In this document: positions 39,820 through 50,069 of the stretch, in pieces
How the letters are laid out: each line of letters begins with the position of its first letter
Numbering within the stretch: position 1 is the first letter of the stretch
From: Candidatus Poribacteria bacterium
GTDB lineage: Bacteria > Poribacteria > WGA-4E > JAJDTR01
Assembly (NCBI GenBank): GCA_965222225.1
Contig: CBDCTK010000002.1
Coordinates: forward strand, 4,864,001-4,928,000
Length of the DNA: 64,000 bases
Direction of reading: 5' to 3'
Notes under the pieces: generated by a model
Told to the model about the DNA's origin: nothing
What the model saw: the letters and a program-made list of their open reading frames with translations, nothing else
The model's database searches: none
Program-made: the position numbers and the translations under genes

Positions 39820-41397
39820 ATGTATAGACGCCTTCAGGCACTTATTACAGCGGTTTTATTAGTTTCAGCATATCCGGTAGATGCTGCCGAGAACGCCCCA
39901 GTAATTGGAGGCACACTGATTTTTGGTCGCGGCGGGGATTCTGTGGGGTTGGACCCAGCCCATGAAGAGGATGGCGAGTCCTTCAAGGTTTGCGAGAATG
40001 TCTACGACACGCTGGTACAATATCAAGACGAAAGCACGGAGGTTGAACCTGCGTTAGCCGCATCGTGGGAATCGTCGGCTGATGGACTGAGGTGGACATT
40101 CCACCTGCGGGTAGGCGTAAAGTTTCACGACGGTACGGCTTTCAACGCGGATGCTGTGCTATTCTCTTTGAACCGCCAACATGATCCGAGCCACCCGTTC
40201 CACAAAGTCGGAGGCACGTCCATATACTGGTCGGACACCGGGTTGGCAGATACCGTTGATAAGATTGTCGCCTTGGACGATTATACTGTCCAGATTGTTC
40301 TCAACCATCCCTATGCTCCTTTCATCGCTACGTTAGCCATGGGACCGTTTGCAATTGTCAGCCCAAGCGCCGTCAAAAAGTGGCGGGAGGATTACACCAA
40401 TCACCCCGTTGGCACGGGAGCGTTCAAATTTGTGCGTTGGGATCGAGGAGATAAGGTTGTTCTCGAAGTGAACAAGGATTACTGGGGCGGGCGCCCAAAT
40501 TTGGACCGCATCATTTTCCGATCAATTCCTGACAATTCCGTGCGGCTCATCGAATTGCAGAACGGCAGCATTCATGCCATGGAGTTCCCCAATCCTGATG
40601 ATTTGCCCCAAATCCGCGAAGATCCAAACCTCGCCGTCGTTGAGGGACCTGGTATGAATGTGGGTTACCTCGCAATGAATGTGGATAAGAAACCGTTGGA
40701 TAACCTCAAGGTTCGTTTGGCAATCAACCATGCCATAAACAAGCCGGCAATTGTCGGACATCTCTATCAAGGAATGGGCATACCCGCAAAGAATCCCATT
40801 CCACCGACGATGTGGGGGTACGATGATGGGATTGAGGATTACGCCTACAATCCGGAGAAATCAAAGCAATTGTTGGGGGAAGCCGGATATCCGGACGGCT
40901 TTACGACAACCTTATGGGCATTGCCGGTGCCGAGGCCCTATATCCCCAATGGTCGAGCGCTGGCAGAGGTGATTCAATCCGATCTGCGGCGTGTCGGGAT
41001 TGAGACGAAGATTGTGACCTTCGACTGGGGCACGTACCTCGAAAAAACAAAACATGGCGAGCATGACATCGCCATGCTGGGCTGGTCTGCAGACTTGGGG
41101 GATCCCGATAATTTCTTTTACTACCTTTTGAGCAAATCCGCAGCCGAAAAGCCGGCGGGCAACATCTCCTTTTATCGGAGTGACGCCATGCAGGAAATCC
41201 TCGATCAAGCGAGGTCAATCACCGACCGGGAAAAGCGAATTGAACTGTACAAGAAAGCGCAGGAAATCTTCCACAACGATGTGCCATGGGTGCCAATCGC
41301 GCATTCCAAGAAAGCGGTGATTACTAACAAGCGGGTGAAAAATCTAAAATTACATCCGACGGCGTGGCGATATTTCAGGCAGATTTGGCTTGAGTGA
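39820..41397 (+). CDS. dppA: Dipeptide/oligopeptide ABC substrate-binding protein (SBP family 5)
   Basis: LDPA, LAASW, F.LR.GVKFHDG, PVGTGAFKF, RPYIPN, GWSAD.GDPDNF. Confidence 0.9.
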   Translation: MYRRLQALITAVLLVSAYPVDAAENAPVIGGTLIFGRGGDSVGLDPAHEEDGESFKVCENVYDTLVQYQDESTEVEPALAASWESSADGLRWTFHLRVGVKFHDGTAFNADAVLFSLNRQHDPSHPFHKVGGTSIYWSDTGLADTVDKIVALDDYTVQIVLNHPYAPFIATLAMGPFAIVSPSAVKKWREDYTNHPVGTGAFKFVRWDRGDKVVLEVNKDYWGGRPNLDRIIFRSIPDNSVRLIELQNGSIHAMEFPNPDDLPQIREDPNLAVVEGPGMNVGYLAMNVDKKPLDNLKVRLAINHAINKPAIVGHLYQGMGIPAKNPIPPTMWGYDDGIEDYAYNPEKSKQLLGEAGYPDGFTTTLWALPVPRPYIPNGRALAEVIQSDLRRVGIETKIVTFDWGTYLEKTKHGEHDIAMLGWSADLGDPDNFFYYLLSKSAAEKPAGNISFYRSDAMQEILDQARSITDREKRIELYKKAQEIFHNDVPWVPIAHSKKAVITNKRVKNLKLHPTAWRYFRQIWLE

Positions 41398-41576
41398 TGG
41401 GGACAGTAAGAACGACGGTTCCGGCACAATCCCCGCGAATTGCGGCAGCGGTTTCTCGTCAGGTGCAAGTATCTGGCAGGGAACGGTGAGATGGTGGGTG
41501 TAGATGTGGTGTTTTCCTTTGAAATCAAGAGTGGGTAGGTTCGCTCTCCTTCTCTGGTGCTAAATGTTCATTCGTC

Positions 41577-42419
41577 CTATATGAGTTTGTTTAGATCAAT
41601 CGGCAATTCTGCCTGCTTCATTTCTTTAGCCAACCTCAATTGCCATCCATCGGGACTATCCATGGACACATAGAGTATTCCGTAGATATCTGAAGGTAGT
41701 TCAACCTCCTCTTTATGAAGGACACAAATGCGCTCCCGACCTAGTTTTCCCATGAAATAGCCGAGTTCCAAGATAACATTTTGGCGTGCCCTGGGTTTGG
41801 TTTGCTCTTTGTCATCTTTTCGCGCGCCAACATCGTCGGGCGTCAGCAAGATTATTGCATATCCTGCCTCTCTAGCATGCGCTTCAAACTTCTCAATGAT
41901 TGTATGGCCTTCATTTGCCTTTTCATCAAGTATGATTGGATTTAAGTCAAACGTCTTAACGAAATTCACCATGGCGAGTCTAGCCACTTCGTCATGTCCA
42001 TGGACGATAAAAACATCGTCTCCAAGGTTGCACACCGGATTGTCTGAAACCTTGTTGTTGCGGGTGCGCCGGGAAATATCTGAATGTGCGTCAAATAGTT
42101 CGAGTCGGTCTCGAATTCCTTCCAGGCTACTTATACTTTCTCCCATATCTGATTGATACGCCGCGTAATATGGTTCTGTACAGAATTGGTGATAAAAATT
42201 AATGTACCCTACGATGTCCGGATTATCGAATAGCCGTGCCAATAAATCTAGGTTGTATCTCGACCAATTGTTAGCTTCTAGACGCAATTTGTCCAATTCC
42301 TCGTCTGAATCAATTGTCCGATCAGTACGGAGCCATCGTCCTTTCTCGAGTTGTCTCTCAATCTTCGTTTCGGCGTATTCCTTACTCATAATTAACCTTG
42401 GCAGGTTTTGTTCTCCCAT
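41577..42419 (-). CDS. CAP12/Pycsar-type TIR domain protein with unknown helical N-terminus
   Basis: VFIVHGHD, TIIEKFE, LLTPDD, RARQNVILELGYF, LPSDI; RBS GGAGGA. Confidence 0.88.
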   Translation of the reverse strand: MGEQNLPRLIMSKEYAETKIERQLEKGRWLRTDRTIDSDEELDKLRLEANNWSRYNLDLLARLFDNPDIVGYINFYHQFCTEPYYAAYQSDMGESISSLEGIRDRLELFDAHSDISRRTRNNKVSDNPVCNLGDDVFIVHGHDEVARLAMVNFVKTFDLNPIILDEKANEGHTIIEKFEAHAREAGYAIILLTPDDVGARKDDKEQTKPRARQNVILELGYFMGKLGRERICVLHKEEVELPSDIYGILYVSMDSPDGWQLRLAKEMKQAELPIDLNKLI

Positions 42420-42483
42420 AATTTTTCCTCCATTCTTGCACTAGCCCGACGCGGGGCATTAACGAGTAGTCTTAATTCTGTGT

Positions 42484-43632
42484 TTAAGGTCTCGAACGTG
42501 GCATCAGCTCATAAACCACAATATGCTCCCATTTACGTTTGGATCGATGAGTTGCGACACGTTTGGTTTGCCGGCTTTCCACGCCAAATCCAGCGTTGTT
42601 GATGATATTCTCCAGATTTTGGATGGCTTTGGGACCAGAGGCGTCCGCATATCCAAGGAGTATCCGTCCATCCGGCTTTAGATGTTGAGGAACCTCGTCG
42701 AAGAACCTGCGTAAAATACGCTGGTCTTCGTCGTGAATGGCGAATTCCGCGCGATTACGCGCCCGCGAAACCACCCACGGGGCATTAAAAATAAGGAGAT
42801 CGAAACAATGTTCTGACGGAACCGCCTCAAAAAGATCGCCAGACGGCAATAGCTGAATTAATCCCGCATGATTTTGGCAACGACTCATGTTGACTCGGGT
42901 CGTCGCAACCGCTTCGGGCAAGAGATCCGACGCGTGAATCTTTACCTCCAAATCTGCCAACTCCTGCGCTGCCAATAGCGTCAAGCATCCACTCCCACAT
43001 CCTATCTCTAATACTTCCGCACATTGTGGGAGATGCATCTTGATTGCCTGAAGTCCATCTTGAAAACAGGCGATTGTCTCCTGTGAACGCGGCGGGAGTA
43101 CGTTCTCGAACGCGGCTAACGAGGTGCCGAGGGCGGGAATGGGGTATTCTTGACAAAGCGCCGTCTTGAGTTTCTGAATTATTGCAATCGGCAGTAGAAA
43201 TGGACGCTGGTTGTTCGCGCCCGGATTTTCCCCGACTAACTCAAGCAAATACGGGAGATTCGGAGGTGGATCGATTTGCAGATTGCCCGCCTCATCCGCA
43301 TAACACATCAGGCGTGACATCGCAGAGACGCTTTCGCTGGGGTTCGGGCGTTTATCGCGCGGGTTGAAATCTCGTCGGCGTTTCGGCTTCACTATTCTTG
43401 GTGCGAGTTCTTTCTTCTTGCGATCGGCATAATCCAAAACCTCCACAATCCGATCCCACTTGCCGGAGAGCACCGCCACACCACCACGCCGAAGGTGGGT
43501 GAAGATGCGATCGAGTTGCCCAAGATTGCTGTCTGAAAAATGTCTAAGGGAGGTATCGTCCGAGGCGAGTTCTCTGAATTGCGCTGGGATAAAGACCTCG
43601 CCTAGGTCGCTGACTACATGAAAGGCGTGCAT
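42484..43632 (-). CDS. Class I SAM-dependent methyltransferase (HemK/MTS-like)
   Basis: VLEIGCGSGCL, GDLF, FNAPW. Confidence 0.85.
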   Translation of the reverse strand: MHAFHVVSDLGEVFIPAQFRELASDDTSLRHFSDSNLGQLDRIFTHLRRGGVAVLSGKWDRIVEVLDYADRKKKELAPRIVKPKRRRDFNPRDKRPNPSESVSAMSRLMCYADEAGNLQIDPPPNLPYLLELVGENPGANNQRPFLLPIAIIQKLKTALCQEYPIPALGTSLAAFENVLPPRSQETIACFQDGLQAIKMHLPQCAEVLEIGCGSGCLTLLAAQELADLEVKIHASDLLPEAVATTRVNMSRCQNHAGLIQLLPSGDLFEAVPSEHCFDLLIFNAPWVVSRARNRAEFAIHDEDQRILRRFFDEVPQHLKPDGRILLGYADASGPKAIQNLENIINNAGFGVESRQTKRVATHRSKRKWEHIVVYELMPRSRP

Positions 43633-43730
43633 CGGGATGGGGTGATGCTGAATTGGTTCGAAATCAAACGATTTGACTTGTCAGAGAAACCGGGTTTTCC
43701 TACAACCCTAATTTTCTTCTCACGTTACTC

Positions 43731-44780
43731 TCACGAGACTGAAACAATCTGTCCTGTTTTAACCGATTCGGCTTCTTTGTGACAGAGTGCTAGTGCGTCT
43801 CTTGCACCGACCCCTGATAGCGCTGTGGGTTCGTAACCGCCATTGATTGAATCAACCGCGTACTGAATTTCATCGGTGAAGGCGTCTATGGGGCCCGCTG
43901 CACCGAGATCGACCTGCTTAACCTCTCCCGCCTCTGTGAGCAGCGTCAGTGGTATCGAAGTCGCAGGCTGACCGCCGAGCGTGGCAAACTCATAAAGCAA
44001 GGTGGCTTTCTCAAGGTAAATCTCAAAACCGTGCGAAAATGCCCGTCCGCTTTGGGACATCCCTCCCGATGAGCAGCTAATTGAGAGGTCTCTGTCGTTA
44101 TAGATGTATTGCGTCGTCAGAGACGCGGCAAAATTGCCGGTTGCCAGCACCCCTTGGGAGAATACGGCGTTGGGCATCCCGCAAAGGAGCTGGATGAAGT
44201 GTGTATCATGTATATGTAGGTCGATCCCCGGTCCGCCGCTTCTCTCCAATTCTTCCGAATCGTATGTTTTCTTCGACTTGGAGGTGACTCGTTTGAAATG
44301 CGCACCGAGTAATTGTCCGTAACCGCCGCTCTCGACAGCGTTTTTTGCATAAGCGAACTCTGCGAAGAAAGGAAGTACATGTGCGACCATGAAGTGCCGC
44401 CCACTCGCTATTCCAACCTCGACCATCTCGGTGGCATCGTCGAGCCGAATCGAAATCGGTTTCTCAACGAGCACATGTTTTCCAGCTTCAAGCGCCGCGA
44501 TACTAACTGCTTTGTGCAATTGTACTGGCAGACAGATATCTACCAAGTCAACATCCGGATCGGCTAGGAAATCTTCAATTCGATTGTATCTCCGAAGATG
44601 AGAGAGATTCTCAATACCGCCGCGCGGACCGAAATTTCCTTGAATGGATGTCCAATCGCCATCAAGTTTTTTCGGGTCGCGAGTGCAGATCGCGACGACC
44701 TCGGCACCCGAAACCTTCCTGATGCCATAGTAATGAATCATCCCCATGAATCCGATGCCGACAATTCCGATTCGTACCAA
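43731..44780 (-). CDS. Gfo/Idh/MocA oxidoreductase
   Basis: IGIVGIGFMG, GKHVLVEKP, DLHIHD; TTG start after AGGAGG. Confidence 0.92.
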   Translation of the reverse strand: MVRIGIVGIGFMGMIHYYGIRKVSGAEVVAICTRDPKKLDGDWTSIQGNFGPRGGIENLSHLRRYNRIEDFLADPDVDLVDICLPVQLHKAVSIAALEAGKHVLVEKPISIRLDDATEMVEVGIASGRHFMVAHVLPFFAEFAYAKNAVESGGYGQLLGAHFKRVTSKSKKTYDSEELERSGGPGIDLHIHDTHFIQLLCGMPNAVFSQGVLATGNFAASLTTQYIYNDRDLSISCSSGGMSQSGRAFSHGFEIYLEKATLLYEFATLGGQPATSIPLTLLTEAGEVKQVDLGAAGPIDAFTDEIQYAVDSINGGYEPTALSGVGARDALALCHKEAESVKTGQIVSVS

Positions 44781-44788
44781 TTTTCCTC

Positions 44789-45625
44789 CTAAGAACTCTC
44801 CGCCGACGCCAACACTTGGTGGACCATTTCCTCCCATCGACCTTCAAATTTTTCGCCAAATTCGGCTTCGCCTCCCGTCGCGCGGGGACCTCGCAGCATT
44901 GGCCGAGTCATTTTCTCCTTCTCCCAAATCTCCAAACCGCCGTAATTGTTGTGAAGAAAATGAAGGGCAACGCCTGCCCGATCCTTATCGGAGAGATTGG
45001 TTTTCGTGCAATGCGCCACGCCGTAACAAAAAAACACAACTCCGCCTGCTTTCAATTCGACGGGGACAGCACGGTGTTCCGGTGGATCGCATCGGATGTG
45101 ATGGTCGCTGAACGGGTCTCGGTAGTGATGGTAGGATTCCCGGTGGCTGCCGGGGATTACGTGAAGACATCCGTTTTCAACGTTCGCGTCATGAATTGCA
45201 ATCCACATCGCGGTGCCGCGCAGCGGGTCGGCAATCTTGAAGTAGGCGTTGTCCTGATGCCAGTTTGTACCGATTCCCACCTTGGGCGGTTTCCAAAAGG
45301 CTTGATCCAGTTCCAACATGAAATCGTCCCCGATGAGTTGCTCCACGACGGATAGCACTTTCGCGTTGAATACGAGCGCCTTGTGGAGATCGCTTCGATT
45401 GTTCAACGGAATTACTTGGAGGTTCTGCCGTTCGCCATAATTGTCACGTTTTGTTCCATTCTCTTGAACAGCGCAGTTGATTCCTGTCCCGTGTTTCAAT
45501 TCGACATCGTAGATTCGCTCTAGTTCAAACCGAAGCGCCCGTGCCTCTCGCGGCGTAAAGAATCCCTCGAAGCAGATACAGCCGTCATTTCGGAACCGAA
45601 GAAGTTGTGCTTTGGATAATTGCAT
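44789..45625 (-). CDS. Phytanoyl-CoA dioxygenase (PhyH) family
   Basis: WHQDNAYF, NGCLHVIPGSH, HCTKTN...R. Confidence 0.92.
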   Translation of the reverse strand: MQLSKAQLLRFRNDGCICFEGFFTPREARALRFELERIYDVELKHGTGINCAVQENGTKRDNYGERQNLQVIPLNNRSDLHKALVFNAKVLSVVEQLIGDDFMLELDQAFWKPPKVGIGTNWHQDNAYFKIADPLRGTAMWIAIHDANVENGCLHVIPGSHRESYHHYRDPFSDHHIRCDPPEHRAVPVELKAGGVVFFCYGVAHCTKTNLSDKDRAGVALHFLHNNYGGLEIWEKEKMTRPMLRGPRATGGEAEFGEKFEGRWEEMVHQVLASAESS

Positions 45626-45660
45626 TTATCGAAGAAATTGCTTCCTCACTTTGGTAGGGT

Positions 45661-45807
45661 GGGATCAAACGAGTGAATAACGAGTGCGATAGAAATCCCC
45701 TCAAATGAGTGAATAGCGATCAACTGAGTGGTTAACGAGGGATCAAGCGAATGGATAATGAGTGCGATAGTGAATCCCCATAGAAGATCCCGTGCGAAAG
45801 AGGTCCC
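45661..45807 (+). repeat. Dispersed repeat, locus 6 (best-preserved cluster)
   Basis: gggatcaaacgagtgaataacgagtgcgatagaaatccc (45661-45699) and gggatcaagcgaatggataatgagtgcgatagtgaatccc (45739-45778), plus half units. Confidence 0.85.
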
Positions 45808-45918
45808 CTGCCAACCATCCGACGCTATTGGTATCCAATACGCACCTTCAATATCCTCCTGAGAAACCGATGGATGCTGCCGAGATTTCTCCACAAAACT
45901 CGGTTTCTTCAGATTTTC

Positions 45919-47331
45919 CTACGCATCGGGTCTAAGTGCTCCCGGCACAATGATAGAATCAACCATGCCGTGCAAAATCTTTTTGTCCGCGGGACACACC
46001 ACCGCTTGAATTCCGCCAAGCCGAACCTTATCTCCTGTCACGAAATAGTAGGGACGCAGGAGAGGTCTTCCAACTATCTCCCGCACTTCGCTTCGAGCAA
46101 AATCGTAGTAATTCATCCGGACGCGCTTGGCTTTGTGAAATTTTTGCAAAACATAGGGTGTTTGCTCAAAGCTAACCAAGGCGTTTTCCACGGCGGTTGT
46201 CCAATCCTCGATAGAGAGGTCGTGTCCAATCGCCACACCTCGGCTTCCCCACGCCAGTTCCGAAAACCCCGATGGCTTAAGAACCAGTTCACGTTCGCGT
46301 TGGGTACCGGAGATAATCTGACGCCAATCCGTAACGGGCAGATTACCAATCTCAAGTCCCGGTATTACGGCATGCGGTGGGAGTGACCGAGGATCCAGCA
46401 ACCATGTCTGGGGAATAACCTCTCGCAAGAAGGGGTAGATCTTTTTGCCAAGTTCTCTGCGCCAGAAGGGTTCAAGCATGGGGTGGCAGAACAGAGCAAA
46501 TAGTGACTTTTCCTCCAGATAGGATTTCGGAGGAGGTGTCATCACAATCGTGCGCTTCTTTGCGGCGTATATCATTAGCTCAACCTTCGGTATATTCGGC
46601 AGATCAAACAACTCAAAGAAGCGATATAGAACGTCGATTTGAACGTTCCCATGTGCGGTTTCAAGATACAATCCCCGCTCTGTAAAAACTATTTCATGAG
46701 GTTTTACAGTGTGTGCGTTCAGACAATTCTCGCGCAGAATAGACGCAAACCATTCCATTTCGGACCGGTAATCTCCGGCTTCGTCCGAAACAACAATTGC
46801 CAAGGTTGGGCATTCCTGCTTTGCGGTAAAGCGAATCATATCCGCGAAGGCGAGTATTATTCCATTACTTCCACCTGTAACATTGTAGTCAAGCTGCCCG
46901 TAGTGAGTCGCCAGATTTGCCGTGAATCCAATCCCGCCCGGGACAGAATCCAACTCGGTGATGACCATTCCGTTGTTTGCAGGTATAATATCGGGACGAA
47001 TGACCTGTGGCAGTTGGCTCTTAAAGCGATTCATTCGCCCCTGTTGTACTACTGTTTCTGGCTTGCCCTGATCGAGGTAAGCTGCAATCCACGAAGGCTG
47101 AATGCCGCGTGCGCTCTGCGAATAAAGTAGATTGCATGCTTGATAAAATCGCAATAGATGTCCACCGAGTTCATCAAACCATTCCAGCTCGGTTTGAGAA
47201 ATCCAGAACGGCTCCGGGGAAATTCGCCAGGCGGTGTTGCTATCGGGATGGGTATTTCTTTGCTCGCCGGTGAACAGTCCTCCCTCTGGCATTTGGCTGT
47301 TAATAAACAGGCATTTTTCTTTACTATCCAA
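45919..47331 (-). CDS. Glutathionylspermidine synthase-like / circularly permuted ATP-grasp ligase
   Basis: VIRPDI, ITELDSVPGG, LYRFFELFD, EEK, VLKPSG...GSRGV, VLQKF. Confidence 0.7.
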   Translation of the reverse strand: MDSKEKCLFINSQMPEGGLFTGEQRNTHPDSNTAWRISPEPFWISQTELEWFDELGGHLLRFYQACNLLYSQSARGIQPSWIAAYLDQGKPETVVQQGRMNRFKSQLPQVIRPDIIPANNGMVITELDSVPGGIGFTANLATHYGQLDYNVTGGSNGIILAFADMIRFTAKQECPTLAIVVSDEAGDYRSEMEWFASILRENCLNAHTVKPHEIVFTERGLYLETAHGNVQIDVLYRFFELFDLPNIPKVELMIYAAKKRTIVMTPPPKSYLEEKSLFALFCHPMLEPFWRRELGKKIYPFLREVIPQTWLLDPRSLPPHAVIPGLEIGNLPVTDWRQIISGTQRERELVLKPSGFSELAWGSRGVAIGHDLSIEDWTTAVENALVSFEQTPYVLQKFHKAKRVRMNYYDFARSEVREIVGRPLLRPYYFVTGDKVRLGGIQAVVCPADKKILHGMVDSIIVPGALRPDA

Positions 47332-47476
47332 ACTGAAACTCCTGTAGAATACCGATAGACGGGCTTAACTTAGAAAAGGGAATTATATGAGGACCGTATG
47401 ACTCGCCCGATTGTAGCGGAAAACAACCGTCGAGTCCCAAGAATCGCGATTTGATTTTACGGGCAGTGAATATATC

Positions 47477-47505
47477 ACTATAACACCGAGCAAAAGTGGT
47501 GTCAA
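47477..47505 (-). promoter_or_regulatory. sigma70 promoter for the ATP-grasp gene
   Basis: Minus strand TTGACA-N17-TATAGT. Confidence 0.75.
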
Positions 47506-47830
47506 CCCTATTTCCTCGCGGATCAGCGACGTGAACCATCATCGATTGTCAGATGGCAATAGATTACCCATGCGCAAAGCCGGCTTGGGATGATAAAATA
47601 GAGATTCAATGGTAAGTGATTTGCACGACTTGATTGACACGTCGACTCTTTGATAGCCAATATTGCATTTTGCTGTATGTTCAAAACATTTAGTCCGACT
47701 ACGCATTGACGGAAACACAATTCCCGGCGCCGGATGAATCGTGGTTGAATTGATGTGCGTTAGTCTTACTACTAGAGAGCCGGAATATTAGACCGCGATA
47801 GTCACCCGAGACAAAAGGAGGAAAAGACTG

Positions 47831-48019
47831 ATGGCACCCGGGCTTACTGAAATCTTAATTGTCCTATTGATTGTGGTTCTTCTCTTCGGAGCGAAGCGAA
47901 TCCCCGGACTTGCGCGCGGAATTGGAAAAAGCATAACATCGTTCAAAGCCGGAATGCGTGAGCAACCGGAAGATGAGAAAGTTGAGGAAGAATCGAAAGC
48001 CGAAAAGAAAACGTCATAA
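47831..48019 (+). CDS. tatA: Twin-arginine translocase TatA/E
   Basis: GLTEILIV...LLFGAKRIP..ARGIGKSI..FK; RBS AGGAGG. Confidence 0.93.
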   Translation: MAPGLTEILIVLLIVVLLFGAKRIPGLARGIGKSITSFKAGMREQPEDEKVEEESKAEKKTS

Positions 48020-48055
48020 TGACCAATTGCGTTGTCAAGCCACAGAGGGAAAAAC

Positions 48056-48373
48056 ATGAAGGAGAAACTACCCGATTTTCTTGAGGGAGTCATTAAGCAA
48101 TATCCGGAGGTATGGAAAGCATATCAGGATTTTGGTGAAGCGTGTAGCGACGCGGGACCACTGGACGAGAAGACAGTGCGGCTCGTTAAACTTGCGCTTG
48201 CCGTTGGCGCAAAGTCGGAGGGGGCAGTACACTCGCATACTCGTCGTGCCTTGAAACAGGGAATAAGCCCCGAGGAGTTGCGGCAAGTCGCGCTACTTGC
48301 GGTAACGTCCATCGGTTGGTCTCCAAGCATGGCGGCGCTCTCTTGGGTTCAGGATGTGGTTGACCAAAGTTGA
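48056..48373 (+). CDS. Carboxymuconolactone decarboxylase family protein
   Basis: GPLDEKTVRLVKLALA, AVHSHTRRAL..G.SPEEL. Confidence 0.88.
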   Translation: MKEKLPDFLEGVIKQYPEVWKAYQDFGEACSDAGPLDEKTVRLVKLALAVGAKSEGAVHSHTRRALKQGISPEELRQVALLAVTSIGWSPSMAALSWVQDVVDQS

Positions 48374-48413
48374 GGGCAAAATGCGTTAATCATAGCGTCG
48401 TCGAGAGGGAATT

Positions 48414-49046
48414 GTGTCACGAAGGGGACTATTCATCACATTCGAAGGTGTGGAGGGGGCGGGAAAATCAACACAAATCCGGCGACTAGCCGCGAGCCTA
48501 GAAAAAGAAGAGGTTTCGGTGTTGGTTACGCGCGAGCCCGGCGGGACCCCGATTTCGGAACGCATTCGTGAGGTATTGTTAGAGCGTGAGCATCACAAGA
48601 TGGTAAGTACCACCGAGCTGCTGTTGTACGCGGCCGCACGATCGCAACATGTTGCGCAATGCATCGCTCCCGCCCTCGCGGAGGGACAGATTGTAATCTC
48701 GGATCGATTTGGGGATGCAATGGTTGCTTACCAAGGGCATGGACGCGGACTGGACCTTGAACTCATTCATCACCTAAATCGTGTTGCAACAGACGGATTA
48801 GTGCCGGATTTGACGATTGTTTTAGATGTACCGGTTAAGGTCGGTAGGGAGCGAACGCGTCGCAGGCGGCGTGCGTTGGATCGCTTGGAGTTGGAGGATT
48901 TTGAGTTTCATCAACGTGTTCGGGAAGGCTACCTTACCATTGCTAAAGAGGAACCGCACCGTGTCAGAGTGATACACTCCGAGCAAAATTTTAAACTAGT
49001 GCGTGACGAAATTCGAGAGCTCGTAACCCGACGCATCACGAGTTAA
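48414..49046 (+). CDS. tmk: Thymidylate kinase
   Basis: FITFEGVEGAGKSTQ, TREPGGT, SDRF...AYQG. Confidence 0.96.
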   Translation: MSRRGLFITFEGVEGAGKSTQIRRLAASLEKEEVSVLVTREPGGTPISERIREVLLEREHHKMVSTTELLLYAAARSQHVAQCIAPALAEGQIVISDRFGDAMVAYQGHGRGLDLELIHHLNRVATDGLVPDLTIVLDVPVKVGRERTRRRRRALDRLELEDFEFHQRVREGYLTIAKEEPHRVRVIHSEQNFKLVRDEIRELVTRRITS

Positions 49047-49070
49047 AACTTTCCAACCTTGTATAAACCT

Positions 49071-50045
49071 ATGGAACAGCCAATCGTTGGCCACGAACAG
49101 ATAATCACTCAACTTCACCATGCATTCCGATCGAACCGAATTGCTGGGGCATACCTGTTCGTCGGTCCCGCTGGCGTGGGCAAAGAAACGGTTGCGATTC
49201 ATTTCGCAAAATCTATCAATTGTCTCGAATTCGGTGAAAGTGCATGCGGAGACTGCATTTCCTGCCGAAAGACCGATGTCGGAAATCACCCCGACACACA
49301 AATCGTTAGCCCATCGGGAGCCTGGATAAGAATTGATCAGGTTCGCGAACTGCAAAAACGCATTGTCTACCGTCCGCTTGAGGGCGCACGCAAGATTGTT
49401 ATTCTGAGAGAAGCGGAACGCATGAATCTGGAAGCCGCGAATTGCCTTCTCAAAACGCTTGAAGAGCCACCTGCCGAATCGGTGTTGATACTGCTGACCG
49501 CTAATCTTGACGCACTGCTCCCGACAATCCGCTCGCGATGCCAGATTATCAAGTTTAATCCGCTGCCACCCAATGAATTGGCAGTTTATTTGAATGAGCG
49601 GTTTCATCTTGGAGAGCGTGAAGCGTTGTCCGTTGCCACACTTGCCGGTGGCGCAGTTGGCAAGGCTTTGACTCATCTTGAATCCCGCGATGGGGAAGAA
49701 TCCGAGACCGATCAACCTGTGGATGAAGAGATTCCTGAAATCCTTACTTCGACGGATAAGCTTGCCGTTTTTCGGATCGCTGAACATTATAGTGGTAATC
49801 CCGATCGATTGGACACCCTAGTCGAATGGTATCGAGATCTATTGCTTTTGCATCAAAATGCGCCTGCCGATCTGCTAACGCACATTTACCATGTGGATGC
49901 GCTCAAACAGCTTGTTCCCCGCTATTCGCGATACCATCTTCGGTCGGCAATCAAGACTATTTTCGAGACAAAAAATGCACTCAGCCGCAACATCAATGCG
50001 ACGCTGGCATTAGAGGTAATGACCCTGAAGCTGATGAGCGATTGA
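49071..50045 (+). CDS. holB: DNA polymerase III delta' subunit
   Basis: AYLFVGP.GVGK, Zn Cys cluster, NHPD, AANCLLKTLEEPP, TIRSRC. Confidence 0.95.
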   Translation: MEQPIVGHEQIITQLHHAFRSNRIAGAYLFVGPAGVGKETVAIHFAKSINCLEFGESACGDCISCRKTDVGNHPDTQIVSPSGAWIRIDQVRELQKRIVYRPLEGARKIVILREAERMNLEAANCLLKTLEEPPAESVLILLTANLDALLPTIRSRCQIIKFNPLPPNELAVYLNERFHLGEREALSVATLAGGAVGKALTHLESRDGEESETDQPVDEEIPEILTSTDKLAVFRIAEHYSGNPDRLDTLVEWYRDLLLLHQNAPADLLTHIYHVDALKQLVPRYSRYHLRSAIKTIFETKNALSRNINATLALEVMTLKLMSD

Positions 50046-50069
50046 ACTTAAGGAGAAGAACGCAAAACC

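Noticed and set aside
43684-43699. AGAAACCGGGTTTT palindrome, with similar motifs near 39671 and 45895
   Set aside because: Short and degenerate; too weak to call a family from this window.
45661-45807. CRISPR array (also 22408-22537 and 60458-60595)
   Set aside because: Units are degenerate, abut or overlap without unique constant-length spacers, and no cas genes are present.
45646-45894. 82-aa ORF as a precursor peptide for the ATP-grasp ligase
   Set aside because: Its repeated IAL.IHS.DP pattern is the translation of the dispersed DNA repeat; no convincing RBS.
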